64,000 nucleotides of DNA from a virus (lineage: Duplodnaviria > Caudoviricetes): positions 20,216-84,215 of the IMG/VR virus record IMGVR_UViG_2791355224_000001, one strand, 5' to 3'. Both the position numbers and the translations under genes were made by a program. Below the pieces are notes generated by a model, which was not told the DNA's origin, searched no databases, and worked only from the letters and a program-made list of their open reading frames with translations. Shown here in pieces: positions 9,657 through 19,156 of the stretch (its first letter is position 1; the number at the start of each line of letters is the position of its first letter).

Positions 9657-9896
9657 CTAGGGTTAACGAGAACGGAGTTTCAGGCACGAATCCGTTCTCG
9701 GCCCCACATTTAGTATAACACATTTTTAAAAGCATAAATCAAGAGGTAAAGATTACAGTGAATTGATTCTATATGTATAGTGTTGCCTAAATGTTTCCAT
9801 TTATACTACTTTCGTTTTCAATCTTACGAAAAAAGTTTCGGGTTGTCAACGTTTATTTAAGTACGCCTAAATTACTTTTAACCGGAGGTTCCCGAT

Positions 9897-10079
9897 ATGA
9901 AACACGTTAATCATAAATATTTACGCAATAAAACGCATAAAGTTTCGGATTTATCCGCAGCCGAGCGCAGATGCCCGTCCGATACCTTCCTATTATATAA
10001 CGGTTCGTTCGAAGATTACGAAGATCCAGCGGATTACCTGCCGTATGGACATAGCGCGAAGGCGGTGCGTATCGCATGA
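9897..10079 (+). CDS. Hypothetical small protein
   Basis: GGAGG SD; ATGA overlap with next gene. Confidence 0.65.
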   Translation: MKHVNHKYLRNKTHKVSDLSAAERRCPSDTFLLYNGSFEDYEDPADYLPYGHSAKAVRIA

Positions 10080-10633
10080 TCTGGACGGTATCTATTCACG
10101 CGTCAAAACGAGTCAATGAACGTTTCGGCGTCAAGCCCGACACAGTTACCGAATGGGTGAACGAACGTATGGAGTCCGCAAGGTTCGTATGTAACTCGTT
10201 TGCGGATGACGGAAACGAAGCGCGGATGTTTGTAAACGGAAAGGTTATATTTTTCGTTGACCTTATCGAAAACCACGTCATGACGGTGAGATATGCGTCA
10301 ATGCCGCGGTTTGCTACGGAGTGCTTGGTTGAGGTTGCGGCTAAAGAGCTTCGGAAGAAACAGGCTAAGGTTCTTGAGGCCGAGCGTGAGTTTGTACGCG
10401 CTAAAGCAGAACTTGAATCGGAAAAGATTGACCTACGACTCGCATTATTAAAAACGCGCTCCGAACAACGAGCTGCAGCACTTAGCGCAAGACTGAACGC
10501 GGTCGAACTAAGACTGCGCGAATTAGCGGCCGAGGTAAAACGGGAACGTCGCGAAGTCACATATCTCGCGGAAGGCATCGTATCGCTCTCCGTATCATAT
10601 AAGCCGGAATCTACGCCGGCAGCGCGGTATTAA
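10076..10633 (+). CDS. Hypothetical protein with C-terminal coiled coil
   Basis: N-terminal SIHASKRVNERF; heptad-rich C-terminal half. Confidence 0.7.
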   Translation: MIWTVSIHASKRVNERFGVKPDTVTEWVNERMESARFVCNSFADDGNEARMFVNGKVIFFVDLIENHVMTVRYASMPRFATECLVEVAAKELRKKQAKVLEAEREFVRAKAELESEKIDLRLALLKTRSEQRAAALSARLNAVELRLRELAAEVKRERREVTYLAEGIVSLSVSYKPESTPAARY

Positions 10634-10641
10634 CGATTCTG

Positions 10642-10750
10642 GACGGGTCTCTTCTCGCTTCGCTAGTGGGAAGAGCCGCCGGGTGGGCCGACGTTAGTAC
10701 CGTGCTGCGGACGTAGAAGATTGTCCGGACGCCCGGCGGAGCGTCGTAAG
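10642..10750 (+). ncRNA. Candidate structured leader RNA upstream of SSB
   Basis: Helices 10649-59/10665-75 (11 bp), 10676-85/10730-39 (10 bp), 10708-12/10723-27; possible pseudoknot 10689-93/10742-46. Confidence 0.5.
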
Positions 10751-10787
10751 TTATCCGACTATTCATATTGAAAAGGAACGTGATCGA

Positions 10788-11579
10788 ATGTCTATGTTTA
10801 CGAAGGTTGGCGCAGCAGCGGTGGCCGCAACGAACAACGACGGGGGCACGAAGGAAAGTCCGATCACCTCGTTCAAGTCCGGCTCATCGTATAAGGTCGG
10901 CGTCAAGTCCATCGAAGACGTCGCGGAGTACTACGGCTACAGCGTTTTTAAGAAAGTAAACACGTTCGTGCCGAAGAATCCGGCCACACGCAATGCCCGC
11001 GGCTTCATCGACGCGAATCCGACCGTATGGGATCGCGCTGCGGAATTGCTCTACGCTGACGCTAAAGCCGCGAAGGATGCCGGCGCCAGTGAGGACGCAG
11101 TCAAGAAGATCACGGACGAAGCGTATCTGTATCGCGGCAAGCAGCGGTTTCTACGCGCATTCTTCGACCTAACGACCGGCAAAGATATCGTAGTCGACTT
11201 GAGCCCGAAACAAGAGAAGACGCTTAAGGCCGTAATCGAAAAGTATGCGAAGAAGCTCGGTAGCATTGCGTTCGAGCTGACGAAGACCGGTTCGAGTACG
11301 AATGCGGTTGTCGCGCTGTCTCCGATCATTGATATGGACGAAGACCTAACGGAAGCCGAGCGTGCTAACTTCGCCAAAGTCGGAGAGAAGCCGTTCGACC
11401 TGGCGGAGTTTGAGACGTGCTTGTACGTTGCCGACGAAGAGGAGCAAACGAAGAATCTCGTTGTCGCCGGCTTCGATATCGCGCGACTCGGCTTGTCGAT
11501 CGGAGCAGCAGCGTCAAGCTCCGCACATTCAACGGTAGAGGGCCCGATCGATATCTCCGAAGATGATTTGCCGTTTTAA
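10788..11579 (+). CDS. Phage single-stranded DNA-binding protein
   Basis: Acidic C-tail DISEDDLPF; replication-module position. Confidence 0.7.
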   Translation: MSMFTKVGAAAVAATNNDGGTKESPITSFKSGSSYKVGVKSIEDVAEYYGYSVFKKVNTFVPKNPATRNARGFIDANPTVWDRAAELLYADAKAAKDAGASEDAVKKITDEAYLYRGKQRFLRAFFDLTTGKDIVVDLSPKQEKTLKAVIEKYAKKLGSIAFELTKTGSSTNAVVALSPIIDMDEDLTEAERANFAKVGEKPFDLAEFETCLYVADEEEQTKNLVVAGFDIARLGLSIGAAASSSAHSTVEGPIDISEDDLPF

Positions 11580-11615
11580 GCCGAACACCAAACAATAACG
11601 AAGGGAAGCGGTAAT

Positions 11616-12074
11616 ATCGCACACATAAACGAAGTTAAAGGGAAGCACTCGGAAATGACGGCTCGGCTCGCACTCATGTCTAACGGATGGACGGTAGCCA
11701 CAACGGACACGGACGAGTCGTTCGATATCGTGGCACGAGATCCGGTTAGCCGCGCATGGAAAACGTTCCAAGTTAAGACGATTAAGGTGCGGACAGACCG
11801 ACGCGGCGATCTCGTGGTTAACGGACGAAAAGGTAACGGAGAGCCGTATACGCTATCCGAGACTGATTACTTTATCGGTGTCATGGGATCGGAAGATGGC
11901 GGGTTGCCTACGGTCTACGTATTCGAGAACAACGAGCAATCTGAGTACTGGGCGACGGAGACAAGCGCCGAGCGACGCTGGGTTCGCTTGCCGATCGAGT
12001 TGGACCGTGCTACTTACGCGGTAAACGTTGGTGAAACGGAGTTGGCGGGACCGACGGATTATATCGCGGCTTAG
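11616..12074 (+). CDS. PD-(D/E)XK endonuclease (probable ATC start)
   Basis: KGKHSE..LALMSNGWTV...FDIV...FQVKT; the motif-I Glu lies upstream of ATG 11655. Confidence 0.7.
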   Translation: MAHINEVKGKHSEMTARLALMSNGWTVATTDTDESFDIVARDPVSRAWKTFQVKTIKVRTDRRGDLVVNGRKGNGEPYTLSETDYFIGVMGSEDGGLPTVYVFENNEQSEYWATETSAERRWVRLPIELDRATYAVNVGETELAGPTDYIAA

Positions 12075-12135
12075 TAACGGTAGCTACGCAATTCCAAATA
12101 AACGCGCCTACGAGCGCCCAAAGGAGACCGATTAA

Positions 12136-13377
12136 ATGGCGAAATTGAACGTAGTAATTCCGAATGTGGACGTAGAGGTAAGAGGCGAAGACGGTAAATC
12201 CGTTAAGTACCGCAAAGTTGACCGCAAGCCGCGGGCGGGCGATATCATAAAGTTTACTGCATATGCGACTTCATTCGTACATGAGGGAGCGTTCTACCTC
12301 GTTGATGAAATTGACGCGTGTGGTGACGCACAGATTACTGATGAAGACGGCGATAGTTACGATACGGCGGGGGACAGTTTTGATGTCTACGAAAAGGTAG
12401 CGGAGCAGTCGCAAATTGCGCGAATTCCTGAACGCCTGAAAGTCGGGGATTACGCGAAGGTAGTCGCAGACCAAAAAACCAGCGAGGACGATCCGATTTC
12501 ATCTAACGCGAGGGTCGGAGATATCGTCGAGGTTATCGAGATGGACTCGTCCGCTGTTCCGTATAGAGTACGAACAATCGTCGGGCATATCGTAGGCGGA
12601 ACAGCTTGGGCGCGCCCATTCGCACTCGTCCGAGCAACCGAAGCGGAAGTCGCCGCAGCTAAAGACGCGCTTGACCCACGCAATGAATTTGCAGTTGGCG
12701 ATAAGGTGCGGCTGGTTAGCGGAGGCGACAAGCACCCACTAAACGGATTTATGGACGGAGAGATCTACGAAGTTAAAGATCCCAAGTGTTCACTACACAG
12801 TGGCGAGAGAATCCGTATTACTAAGCCGACTGGCGGAGCAGGATACGCCAAGCCGGACCAACTCGAAAAGGTCAGCGCAGAGGAATTGGCGGAGATCGAA
12901 CGTAAGAAGCTTCTCGCACAGTTTGCTCCGGGCGATACGGTTAAGCTTACGGTCCCTGACGGAAAACGTCCTCGGTACAGTTGGGGCAGCGTAGAGAACG
13001 GAGACGTTGGAACGATACGTCGCGTAGAGGATACACGTGTCATTGTTGACTTTCCGGCGCAGTCAATTTGGAACGCAGATCCTTCGGAGTTAACGAAACT
13101 CTCTGCGGAAGAAGCTGCTCAGCACGAAGAGGAAGCGCGTTGGTCGAAGATCGGGCGTAAGGTGAACGAGTATAAGGCGGGCGATTTGACGGTTCTTCCG
13201 GGCTGCCTACACTTAGGCTTCGCAGAGGTGCTCCGCATAGAAGGCGATAGAATTGTCGTTAAATGGGCGGATAAAACCGGATATGGTACTTGTACGGACC
13301 GCGCGTCAAGCCACCGCCTGATCGTTCCGGTCGAACAGCGCTTTGACCGCACCGAGCCCGAAAAGAACGCAGCTTAA
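12136..13377 (+). CDS. Protein with tandem SH3/KOW-like beta-barrel repeats
   Basis: Repeated RAGDIIK / KVGDYAKV / AVGDKVRL / APGDTVKL / KAGD modules. Confidence 0.75.
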   Translation: MAKLNVVIPNVDVEVRGEDGKSVKYRKVDRKPRAGDIIKFTAYATSFVHEGAFYLVDEIDACGDAQITDEDGDSYDTAGDSFDVYEKVAEQSQIARIPERLKVGDYAKVVADQKTSEDDPISSNARVGDIVEVIEMDSSAVPYRVRTIVGHIVGGTAWARPFALVRATEAEVAAAKDALDPRNEFAVGDKVRLVSGGDKHPLNGFMDGEIYEVKDPKCSLHSGERIRITKPTGGAGYAKPDQLEKVSAEELAEIERKKLLAQFAPGDTVKLTVPDGKRPRYSWGSVENGDVGTIRRVEDTRVIVDFPAQSIWNADPSELTKLSAEEAAQHEEEARWSKIGRKVNEYKAGDLTVLPGCLHLGFAEVLRIEGDRIVVKWADKTGYGTCTDRASSHRLIVPVEQRFDRTEPEKNAA

Positions 13378-13398
13378 TAAACCGGGAGGTGGCGTACT

Positions 13399-16227
13399 TT
13401 GGACGTTAAATTAACGCTAAATCTTCGCTCGCCGACCGTTGATGACGCCGCAGCCGAACGCGTTAAGGACGCAGCCAAACGCAAGAAAGCGGCGGAAGAG
13501 ACGCCGGCCGAAGCAGTTGAACGCATTAGTCGCATGTCACTAACGGACCGCGAGCGTCAACTCGTAAATGCCGTAATTGAGACGGGTAAAACAGGCAATT
13601 ATCCGTCTCTCCGCTCCGGCGGTGGGCAAGTCACGAAAGCGGACGTCATTGCGGCAGGACAGCGAATACTTGCGGAGCAACAATCGGCCGAACGTGCGGA
13701 GAGGATTGCGGAGACGCTGCGGACGAAACCGGATAACTTTTACGTGATTACTGACGACGCGGAGCTGCCGCGAATGGTTGAACGATTGCGTGAAGAGGTG
13801 CGGCTGCAGGGCGGCGACGAGTGGTTCGCGAAGGTGTTCGCGCTTTTTAACAATACGCTGATTAAACGGAAGCTGGCTGAACGCGGCATAACGATTCCCG
13901 ACGCGCAGTCCTTGACCGTTTGGGATACGGAGACATCCGGCGTTGATAAAATGATCGACCTGACCGGCGGTTACTCCGTGTGGCTTCCGCTTTTGAACGA
14001 AGGTTATTACGTAGCTTACGGGCACTTAACGGGCGAGAAGCAGTGTACGCGGTCGGCGGCCCTTGGCGCGATCGAGCGTTTTATGTCGCTTCCTTCGCAG
14101 ATTAAATCGTTCCACAACGCGCCGTTTGACTTGGCGATGTTGCTTAATGACGGACTCAAGCCGCAAGGTATCCGATATGACTCGCTCGAAGCTATGCGGA
14201 CGCTTAACGATCATGAACCTACGTACAGTCTGAAACCGCTGATAACGAAGTACAAGGCAGCAATCGGCGTCGACTGCCCGGACTTTACGTTTGAGGACCT
14301 GTTTCAGAACGAGTCGCCTATGATTCATCCGATCGAACTCGTCGGAATATACGCGATATGGGACGTACTTAAAGGTTGGTGGCTTACGCGCTGGCAGATC
14401 GATAACCTTATTGCGACGGATAACCTGGCGACCGCATACTTCGAGATTGGGCAGTATCTAACGGAAGTCAACGTTAATATCGAGCGTACAGGCTTCGTCA
14501 TTGACTTGGACGGACTCAAAGCGCTGGGCGATGAGCTGCGGCCGAGACTTGCGCAGGCTCAGGCGGACGTCGCGAAGGAATACGGCGTTAACGATCCGGC
14601 GTTTATCCGTAAGATGGACCGCACACTTAATGCGAAGAAGATTGCGGATTGGATCGAGTCCCAGCGTAAGAGGATCGTCCGTAACGAGGAAGCGAAGCGG
14701 AAACAGCGTGCAACTATTGCGGAGTGTGAAGCGACCGGCAAAACGACGCTTAAGAAATATACGAGCGCTGTCGCCAAGCTTGCGGAGTTGGAAGCGGAGG
14801 TCCTTGCGCCGGCTGACGAGGAACATGCGCCGCTATTTATCGAGGAGTTTTCGTTCACGAACGACAACCATCTGCGCTATCTGATTTACGATCACCTCGG
14901 AATCACGGATCGTACGAAGCAAATCGTCAAGGACAAATCGAAGGTACGCGCGGTGTCAAAGGACGTGCTCGACCGTTACTTTGAGGAAGAGGAAGCACTC
15001 AAGCCACTCGCACTCGTATCTGCGTATGAGAAGCTGCTCGGCACGTACATCGATAAGATTCCGGAGGCGCTCGACGTTGACGGTCGTTTACACACGCAGC
15101 TCGATACCGTTTCAACCGGGCGGTATAGCTCGAAGGGGTACTCGGGTAAGCCGAATGATTTGCGGCCGGAGTCCGTAACTGATACGAATTATTTAGCGGC
15201 TATGCGTGCGTTGGTCGATTGTGGTGAGAAGAAAGTCGCGAAAGGAACCAACGTCCAGAACATTCCGGCGCGCACGAAAGAGGGCGAGAAGGTCCGGACC
15301 ATGTTCATTCCTCCGTCAGGCCGTCTGTTCCTCGGCAGCGACCTCTCGTCCATTGAGCCGCGGCTACAGGCGCACAAAATGGAGACGGAACACGGTGATC
15401 CAACCTTTGCGGATATGTACCGGGCCGGTCTCGATCCATACGTCGAGTTTGCATCCATGATGTTCGATGTGCCTCGCGAGTTATGCTTCGAGAGTGCGTA
15501 TAAAGCCGGGCTTACTTCGATTCCTTACCGTAAGCTGACGAAGGATATGTTTCTCGCGAAAGGTTACGGCCAGGCCGAAGACCAGTTCGTTAAGACTGCG
15601 GTTAAGCGCGGTGTCACGGAGGAACAAGCGAAGCGCGCCTATGCGAAGTTCGACGAAATCCTGCCCGGCTTTAGTACGATGGTTAACGCCTCGTTCGAAC
15701 ACTTGCGGGAACACGGATGGACGCAGACACTATGGGGACAGAAGCGCAGATTCCCGGAATATCGAAAGAATTGGCAGCGTCTTTGCGTATTGATGAAGCG
15801 AGCTGGCATTCGCGATAAGAACGATCTGGAGCTCGGCAAGAAGACGTACAAGCTTTCACCGGCGGATCGCAACGAATTCTGGCAGCTTATCCGCTTAACC
15901 GGACGTGATGAGCGGGCGGCGTTCAATCACGAAGTTCAAGGCTCGGGCGCGAACGTTCTTAAATTCTGCATGATCCGCGGCTATTACGAGTTAACGCTTG
16001 GTCGCGGATGGGAGTTTACGTTGACTTTGCACGACGAGCAGAAACACGCCGCGCCGATCGAGCAGGTAACGCCGGAAGCTGTTGCGCTGTATACCGACAT
16101 TATGACGAATACGGTTACGCTTGCCTGTCCGCTTGAGTGTGATACGGTGATCGAACCGCGTTGGATGAAAGAGTACCGCGCTGACGCGTGGGATTTTGAT
16201 AAACAGAAACCGAAGGAGGCTGCGTAA
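13399..16227 (+). CDS. polA: Phage DNA polymerase, family A, with 3'-5' exonuclease
   Basis: Exo I WDTETSG, FHNAPFD; NVQNIP; motif A DLSSIEPR; motif B RKLTKDMFLAKGYG; motif C LHDE. Confidence 0.95.
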   Translation: MDVKLTLNLRSPTVDDAAAERVKDAAKRKKAAEETPAEAVERISRMSLTDRERQLVNAVIETGKTGNYPSLRSGGGQVTKADVIAAGQRILAEQQSAERAERIAETLRTKPDNFYVITDDAELPRMVERLREEVRLQGGDEWFAKVFALFNNTLIKRKLAERGITIPDAQSLTVWDTETSGVDKMIDLTGGYSVWLPLLNEGYYVAYGHLTGEKQCTRSAALGAIERFMSLPSQIKSFHNAPFDLAMLLNDGLKPQGIRYDSLEAMRTLNDHEPTYSLKPLITKYKAAIGVDCPDFTFEDLFQNESPMIHPIELVGIYAIWDVLKGWWLTRWQIDNLIATDNLATAYFEIGQYLTEVNVNIERTGFVIDLDGLKALGDELRPRLAQAQADVAKEYGVNDPAFIRKMDRTLNAKKIADWIESQRKRIVRNEEAKRKQRATIAECEATGKTTLKKYTSAVAKLAELEAEVLAPADEEHAPLFIEEFSFTNDNHLRYLIYDHLGITDRTKQIVKDKSKVRAVSKDVLDRYFEEEEALKPLALVSAYEKLLGTYIDKIPEALDVDGRLHTQLDTVSTGRYSSKGYSGKPNDLRPESVTDTNYLAAMRALVDCGEKKVAKGTNVQNIPARTKEGEKVRTMFIPPSGRLFLGSDLSSIEPRLQAHKMETEHGDPTFADMYRAGLDPYVEFASMMFDVPRELCFESAYKAGLTSIPYRKLTKDMFLAKGYGQAEDQFVKTAVKRGVTEEQAKRAYAKFDEILPGFSTMVNASFEHLREHGWTQTLWGQKRRFPEYRKNWQRLCVLMKRAGIRDKNDLELGKKTYKLSPADRNEFWQLIRLTGRDERAAFNHEVQGSGANVLKFCMIRGYYELTLGRGWEFTLTLHDEQKHAAPIEQVTPEAVALYTDIMTNTVTLACPLECDTVIEPRWMKEYRADAWDFDKQKPKEAA

Positions 16228-16575
16228 ATGGAAAACGTTATTGCAAAGTTGCGCGAGTTGATTGGAGATGAATACGAGGGTCAGGCGTGGGACGAAACGC
16301 ATGAGGCGGTTGACGTGATACTTGGCGCATACAAACCTGAAGGTTATGCGGTTGGGTGCGTAGATGAGGAGTTCGAGGACGGCGGTAGATGGACGAACTT
16401 TAAGACAAACGTATATCGCGTTGAGCAGCCGGACGGACAGGTATCGCATTTCCGTATCTGCCGCGAAGTTCCTGCGACCGAGTGCCAAGAAGGCGGCGAC
16501 TTTTGTGTGAGTATTGACGAAGTCGTCCCGGAAGAAGTCACAGTTATTAAATACATTTCCGCGAGGGCTGCGTAA
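16228..16575 (+). CDS. Acidic hypothetical protein
   Basis: Coupled to the pol stop; AAGGAGG SD. Confidence 0.75.
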   Translation: MENVIAKLRELIGDEYEGQAWDETHEAVDVILGAYKPEGYAVGCVDEEFEDGGRWTNFKTNVYRVEQPDGQVSHFRICREVPATECQEGGDFCVSIDEVVPEEVTVIKYISARAA

Positions 16576-16827
16576 ATGACAACGGGAAAAGTGATTGACT
16601 TAATTGATGCAGCAATTGAAGAGGCCGAGCATAATCCGGATATTGAGGGGGAGGACGTTCTCGTTCACGCGGTGAATGCGGTACGCGAGCGGTTTGGTAT
16701 TACTTGTAATTACGCTTATTGCGGCGGCTTCGATAGCGCAGGATACGACATTGACTGCTACGCGATCGCATTCGTCACGTCCAACGGAGAACTCGGAATA
16801 TACGATTATCAAATCGAAAGCTATTAG
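16576..16827 (+). CDS. Acidic hypothetical protein
   Basis: Abuts the previous stop; SD GAGGG. Confidence 0.7.
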   Translation: MTTGKVIDLIDAAIEEAEHNPDIEGEDVLVHAVNAVRERFGITCNYAYCGGFDSAGYDIDCYAIAFVTSNGELGIYDYQIESY

Positions 16828-16839
16828 GAGGCGGCCATC

Positions 16840-17892
16840 ATATCGCAATCAATCGCAGATAAACTCGCGCAGGACTTTACGCAATTCTTAAATCAATGGC
16901 ACTCCGCACCAGAAGTGTACGATGACGCGCTCGATGCGCAGATCCACAAGTGGTATTACGATTACCTAACGGACAAGTCTCGCAAGGTATGGCCTCCTCG
17001 CGGCATTCCGTACTTTTCTCCGTCAGCCGCCAATTCGGATGCTCGCGGGCTCTACGAAAAGATGCGCGGCGCCAAGAAGGAGCAGACGGAACGTCCACCG
17101 CATCAGGGACGCTGGGTGCGCCTGGGAACGTCAATCGGCGACATGATTCAGCGGGACGTTCTCTTTGCAGAGCAGCATTATGCCCGGCACATGGGCGAGA
17201 ATCCTCCATTCAAGTTCGAGCGTAACGGACTCGGCGAGCCGCTGTTTGAGGAGTTTGCGAAGGTATCGAAGATCGCGGAGCACGCCGGTCAGACGTTTGG
17301 ACTTTACGGCACGGGTGACGGTATTATGCGTGTTTATGTGCCGGAGTTGGGGCGTGAGATTCGCGTTGGGCTCGAAGTAAAATCGAAGCAGACTACGTAT
17401 TCGATGACGTCGGGCTTCTCCGCGCGTAAGGGGCCGAAGGAGGACCACGTGAAGCAGTGTATAACGTACTCGGCGATGTACGGAACGCCGTCCGATCCGC
17501 TTGATTACTACGTTATCCTCTACGTAAATGGCTCTAAGAAGGCGTGGGAGATGACGCCCGAGGACTTCGAAAAGAGCCCGGATATTCTCGCGTTCGGCCT
17601 ACACATTACGGACGAAATGCGCACGGAAGTCCTCGACCACTTCGCGGGAATTGTTGCGGCAGCCGAAGCGGGCGAGCCTCCGAAATTGGACATCGACAAG
17701 TGGACGTTCAACAATTTTAAGCAGGCGTGTGCCTTATCGCTATCGCCATCCGAGCTTGCGGAAATCGAACGCCAAGTCGCAGCCCTACAGCGGTCCAACC
17801 TCCCCGATCATAAAAAGCGTGGCCCAGCGCAAGCCCTAGCGGATATACATCGGATTAGAGCGGAACACGGAGCCGTGAAGGAGGCGGCCTGA
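16840..17892 (+). CDS. PD-(D/E)XK (RecB/Cas4-like) phage exonuclease (probable ATA/ATC start)
   Basis: FSPS, GTGDGIM, GLEVKSK, HVKQCITY motifs; AGGAGG at 16826-31 precedes in-frame ATC ATA. Confidence 0.75.
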   Translation: MSQSIADKLAQDFTQFLNQWHSAPEVYDDALDAQIHKWYYDYLTDKSRKVWPPRGIPYFSPSAANSDARGLYEKMRGAKKEQTERPPHQGRWVRLGTSIGDMIQRDVLFAEQHYARHMGENPPFKFERNGLGEPLFEEFAKVSKIAEHAGQTFGLYGTGDGIMRVYVPELGREIRVGLEVKSKQTTYSMTSGFSARKGPKEDHVKQCITYSAMYGTPSDPLDYYVILYVNGSKKAWEMTPEDFEKSPDILAFGLHITDEMRTEVLDHFAGIVAAAEAGEPPKLDIDKWTFNNFKQACALSLSPSELAEIERQVAALQRSNLPDHKKRGPAQALADIHRIRAEHGAVKEAA

Positions 17893-18168
17893 TTGACGTA
17901 CATTATCGAGTCCATTCGCACGCACGGCGGTACTCCGACTGATCGCGAAGCCCGGCGTAAGGGCCAGCGCGTAGAGATTCTGAACCTTAACGTAGGCCAG
18001 GCGCTCCTTCTCGTGTATCGCGACGATCACAATAAGATCCTGCAGACCTCTCGCGTTGAGAGCATCGCAGGGTACGACGTCCTTACGGTTAAGACGGCGA
18101 ACAGCGTATACACTTTTCGCAAAGGAGGCGTTAGCCCTGGCGGATCAATCGGCCACGAACCGAAGTAA
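17893..18168 (+). CDS. Hypothetical protein
   Basis: AAGGAGG SD, TTG start; TANSVYTF motif. Confidence 0.7.
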   Translation: MTYIIESIRTHGGTPTDREARRKGQRVEILNLNVGQALLLVYRDDHNKILQTSRVESIAGYDVLTVKTANSVYTFRKGGVSPGGSIGHEPK

Positions 18169-18715
18169 AGAACCGGCGTATCGCATACTAGGTTTAGACT
18201 TATCGTCTTCGCCCGGAGCTGCGGCGATCGAGGTGCGGAATAGAACTCCGTATCTCATCGCGGCCTCGTCCGTGGCTACAACGAAAGACGATACGGATGC
18301 CGTGCGGAATGTTGCGGTCGAGTCGTTTATCTCGCAATTCATTTACGAAAATAGGCCGTTCGATATCGTGGTTCGCGAGGACTTTACCAGCGGGCGGAAT
18401 AAACGGGCGACGCAGCTCGTATTCGGATCATGGGCGGCTGCTGACCGCGCACTACTGGCGTTCGGCTACCGTGCGGAAGACCTGAAGCCTGCGCTGAGCC
18501 CGACCAGCGTTAAGAAAATCGTAACCGGAAATGGAAAGGCGGAGAAGCCGGAAGTTGCGGCGGCTGTACGTAAGTGGCTTCGGTTGCCTAATGGTCCAGA
18601 CGGTAGTCCTTACAAGTTTCGAGCCGGATACGATGATAGCGACGCGTGCGCTGTAGCGCTGGCGTACTTGATTCGTGAGGGTCTAATAGATACGGAAGGA
18701 GTTGTTGCGGCGTGA
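18137..18715 (+). CDS. RuvC-like Holliday junction resolvase (probable CTG start)
   Basis: ILGLDLS, VVRED, VKKIVTGNGKAEK, DDSDACAVA; AAAGGAGG 8 nt before CTG 18137. Confidence 0.85.
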   Translation: MADQSATNRSKEPAYRILGLDLSSSPGAAAIEVRNRTPYLIAASSVATTKDDTDAVRNVAVESFISQFIYENRPFDIVVREDFTSGRNKRATQLVFGSWAAADRALLAFGYRAEDLKPALSPTSVKKIVTGNGKAEKPEVAAAVRKWLRLPNGPDGSPYKFRAGYDDSDACAVALAYLIREGLIDTEGVVAA

Positions 18716-18900
18716 GGAAATATCTTGGTACCGCACATGTATCCGGGTACGGCGAAGACTTTGGGAAACGGGTTCATGAGTACGCTAATAGAGTTTCCGA
18801 GGATGGGCGAGAATTGGAGTTCCACTACGCCCAGTCTATAGAACCGTCAGGCCGAGCGCTGTTCTCAGCGTTGATTATCTTCTATGAGGCTGCCGCATGA
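18712..18900 (+). CDS. Hypothetical small protein
   Basis: GTGA overlap; AAGGAG SD. Confidence 0.65.
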   Translation: MRKYLGTAHVSGYGEDFGKRVHEYANRVSEDGRELEFHYAQSIEPSGRALFSALIIFYEAAA

Positions 18901-19079
18901 TCGCGCGGGTACGTCCGGACGCAACGGTCGCCGAGCGCCTTCTCATGTTCCAGCGCGAGGAGGTTGCGAACTTGGAACGGGCTGTCGCGACTTATGGCGC
19001 AATGGCGGCGGAGTATGAACGGAGATTGGCGGAAGCCCGGCTTAGATTAGCGGACACAGAGCGGAGAGTAGCGGAGTAA
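18897..19079 (+). CDS. Small coiled-coil protein
   Basis: ATGA overlap; followed by hairpin and T tract. Confidence 0.6.
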   Translation: MIARVRPDATVAERLLMFQREEVANLERAVATYGAMAAEYERRLAEARLRLADTERRVAE

Positions 19080-19116
19080 TTCCGTTGCCCTCCGTTTTTT
19101 TTATTTTGCGAAAAAG

Positions 19117-19156
19117 TGTGCGGAATCAAAACGAGCCTTCTATTAAGCAACATAAG
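19117..19156 (+). promoter_or_regulatory. Repeated promoter-like motif, copy 3
   Basis: TGTGCGG-N14-TTCTATTAAG-N4-ATAAG right after a T-tract terminator. Confidence 0.6.

Noticed and set aside
16840-17892. Cas4-like nuclease as a sign of a CRISPR system
   Set aside because: No Fe-S Cys cluster pattern, no cas neighbours or array; fits a phage recombination exonuclease.
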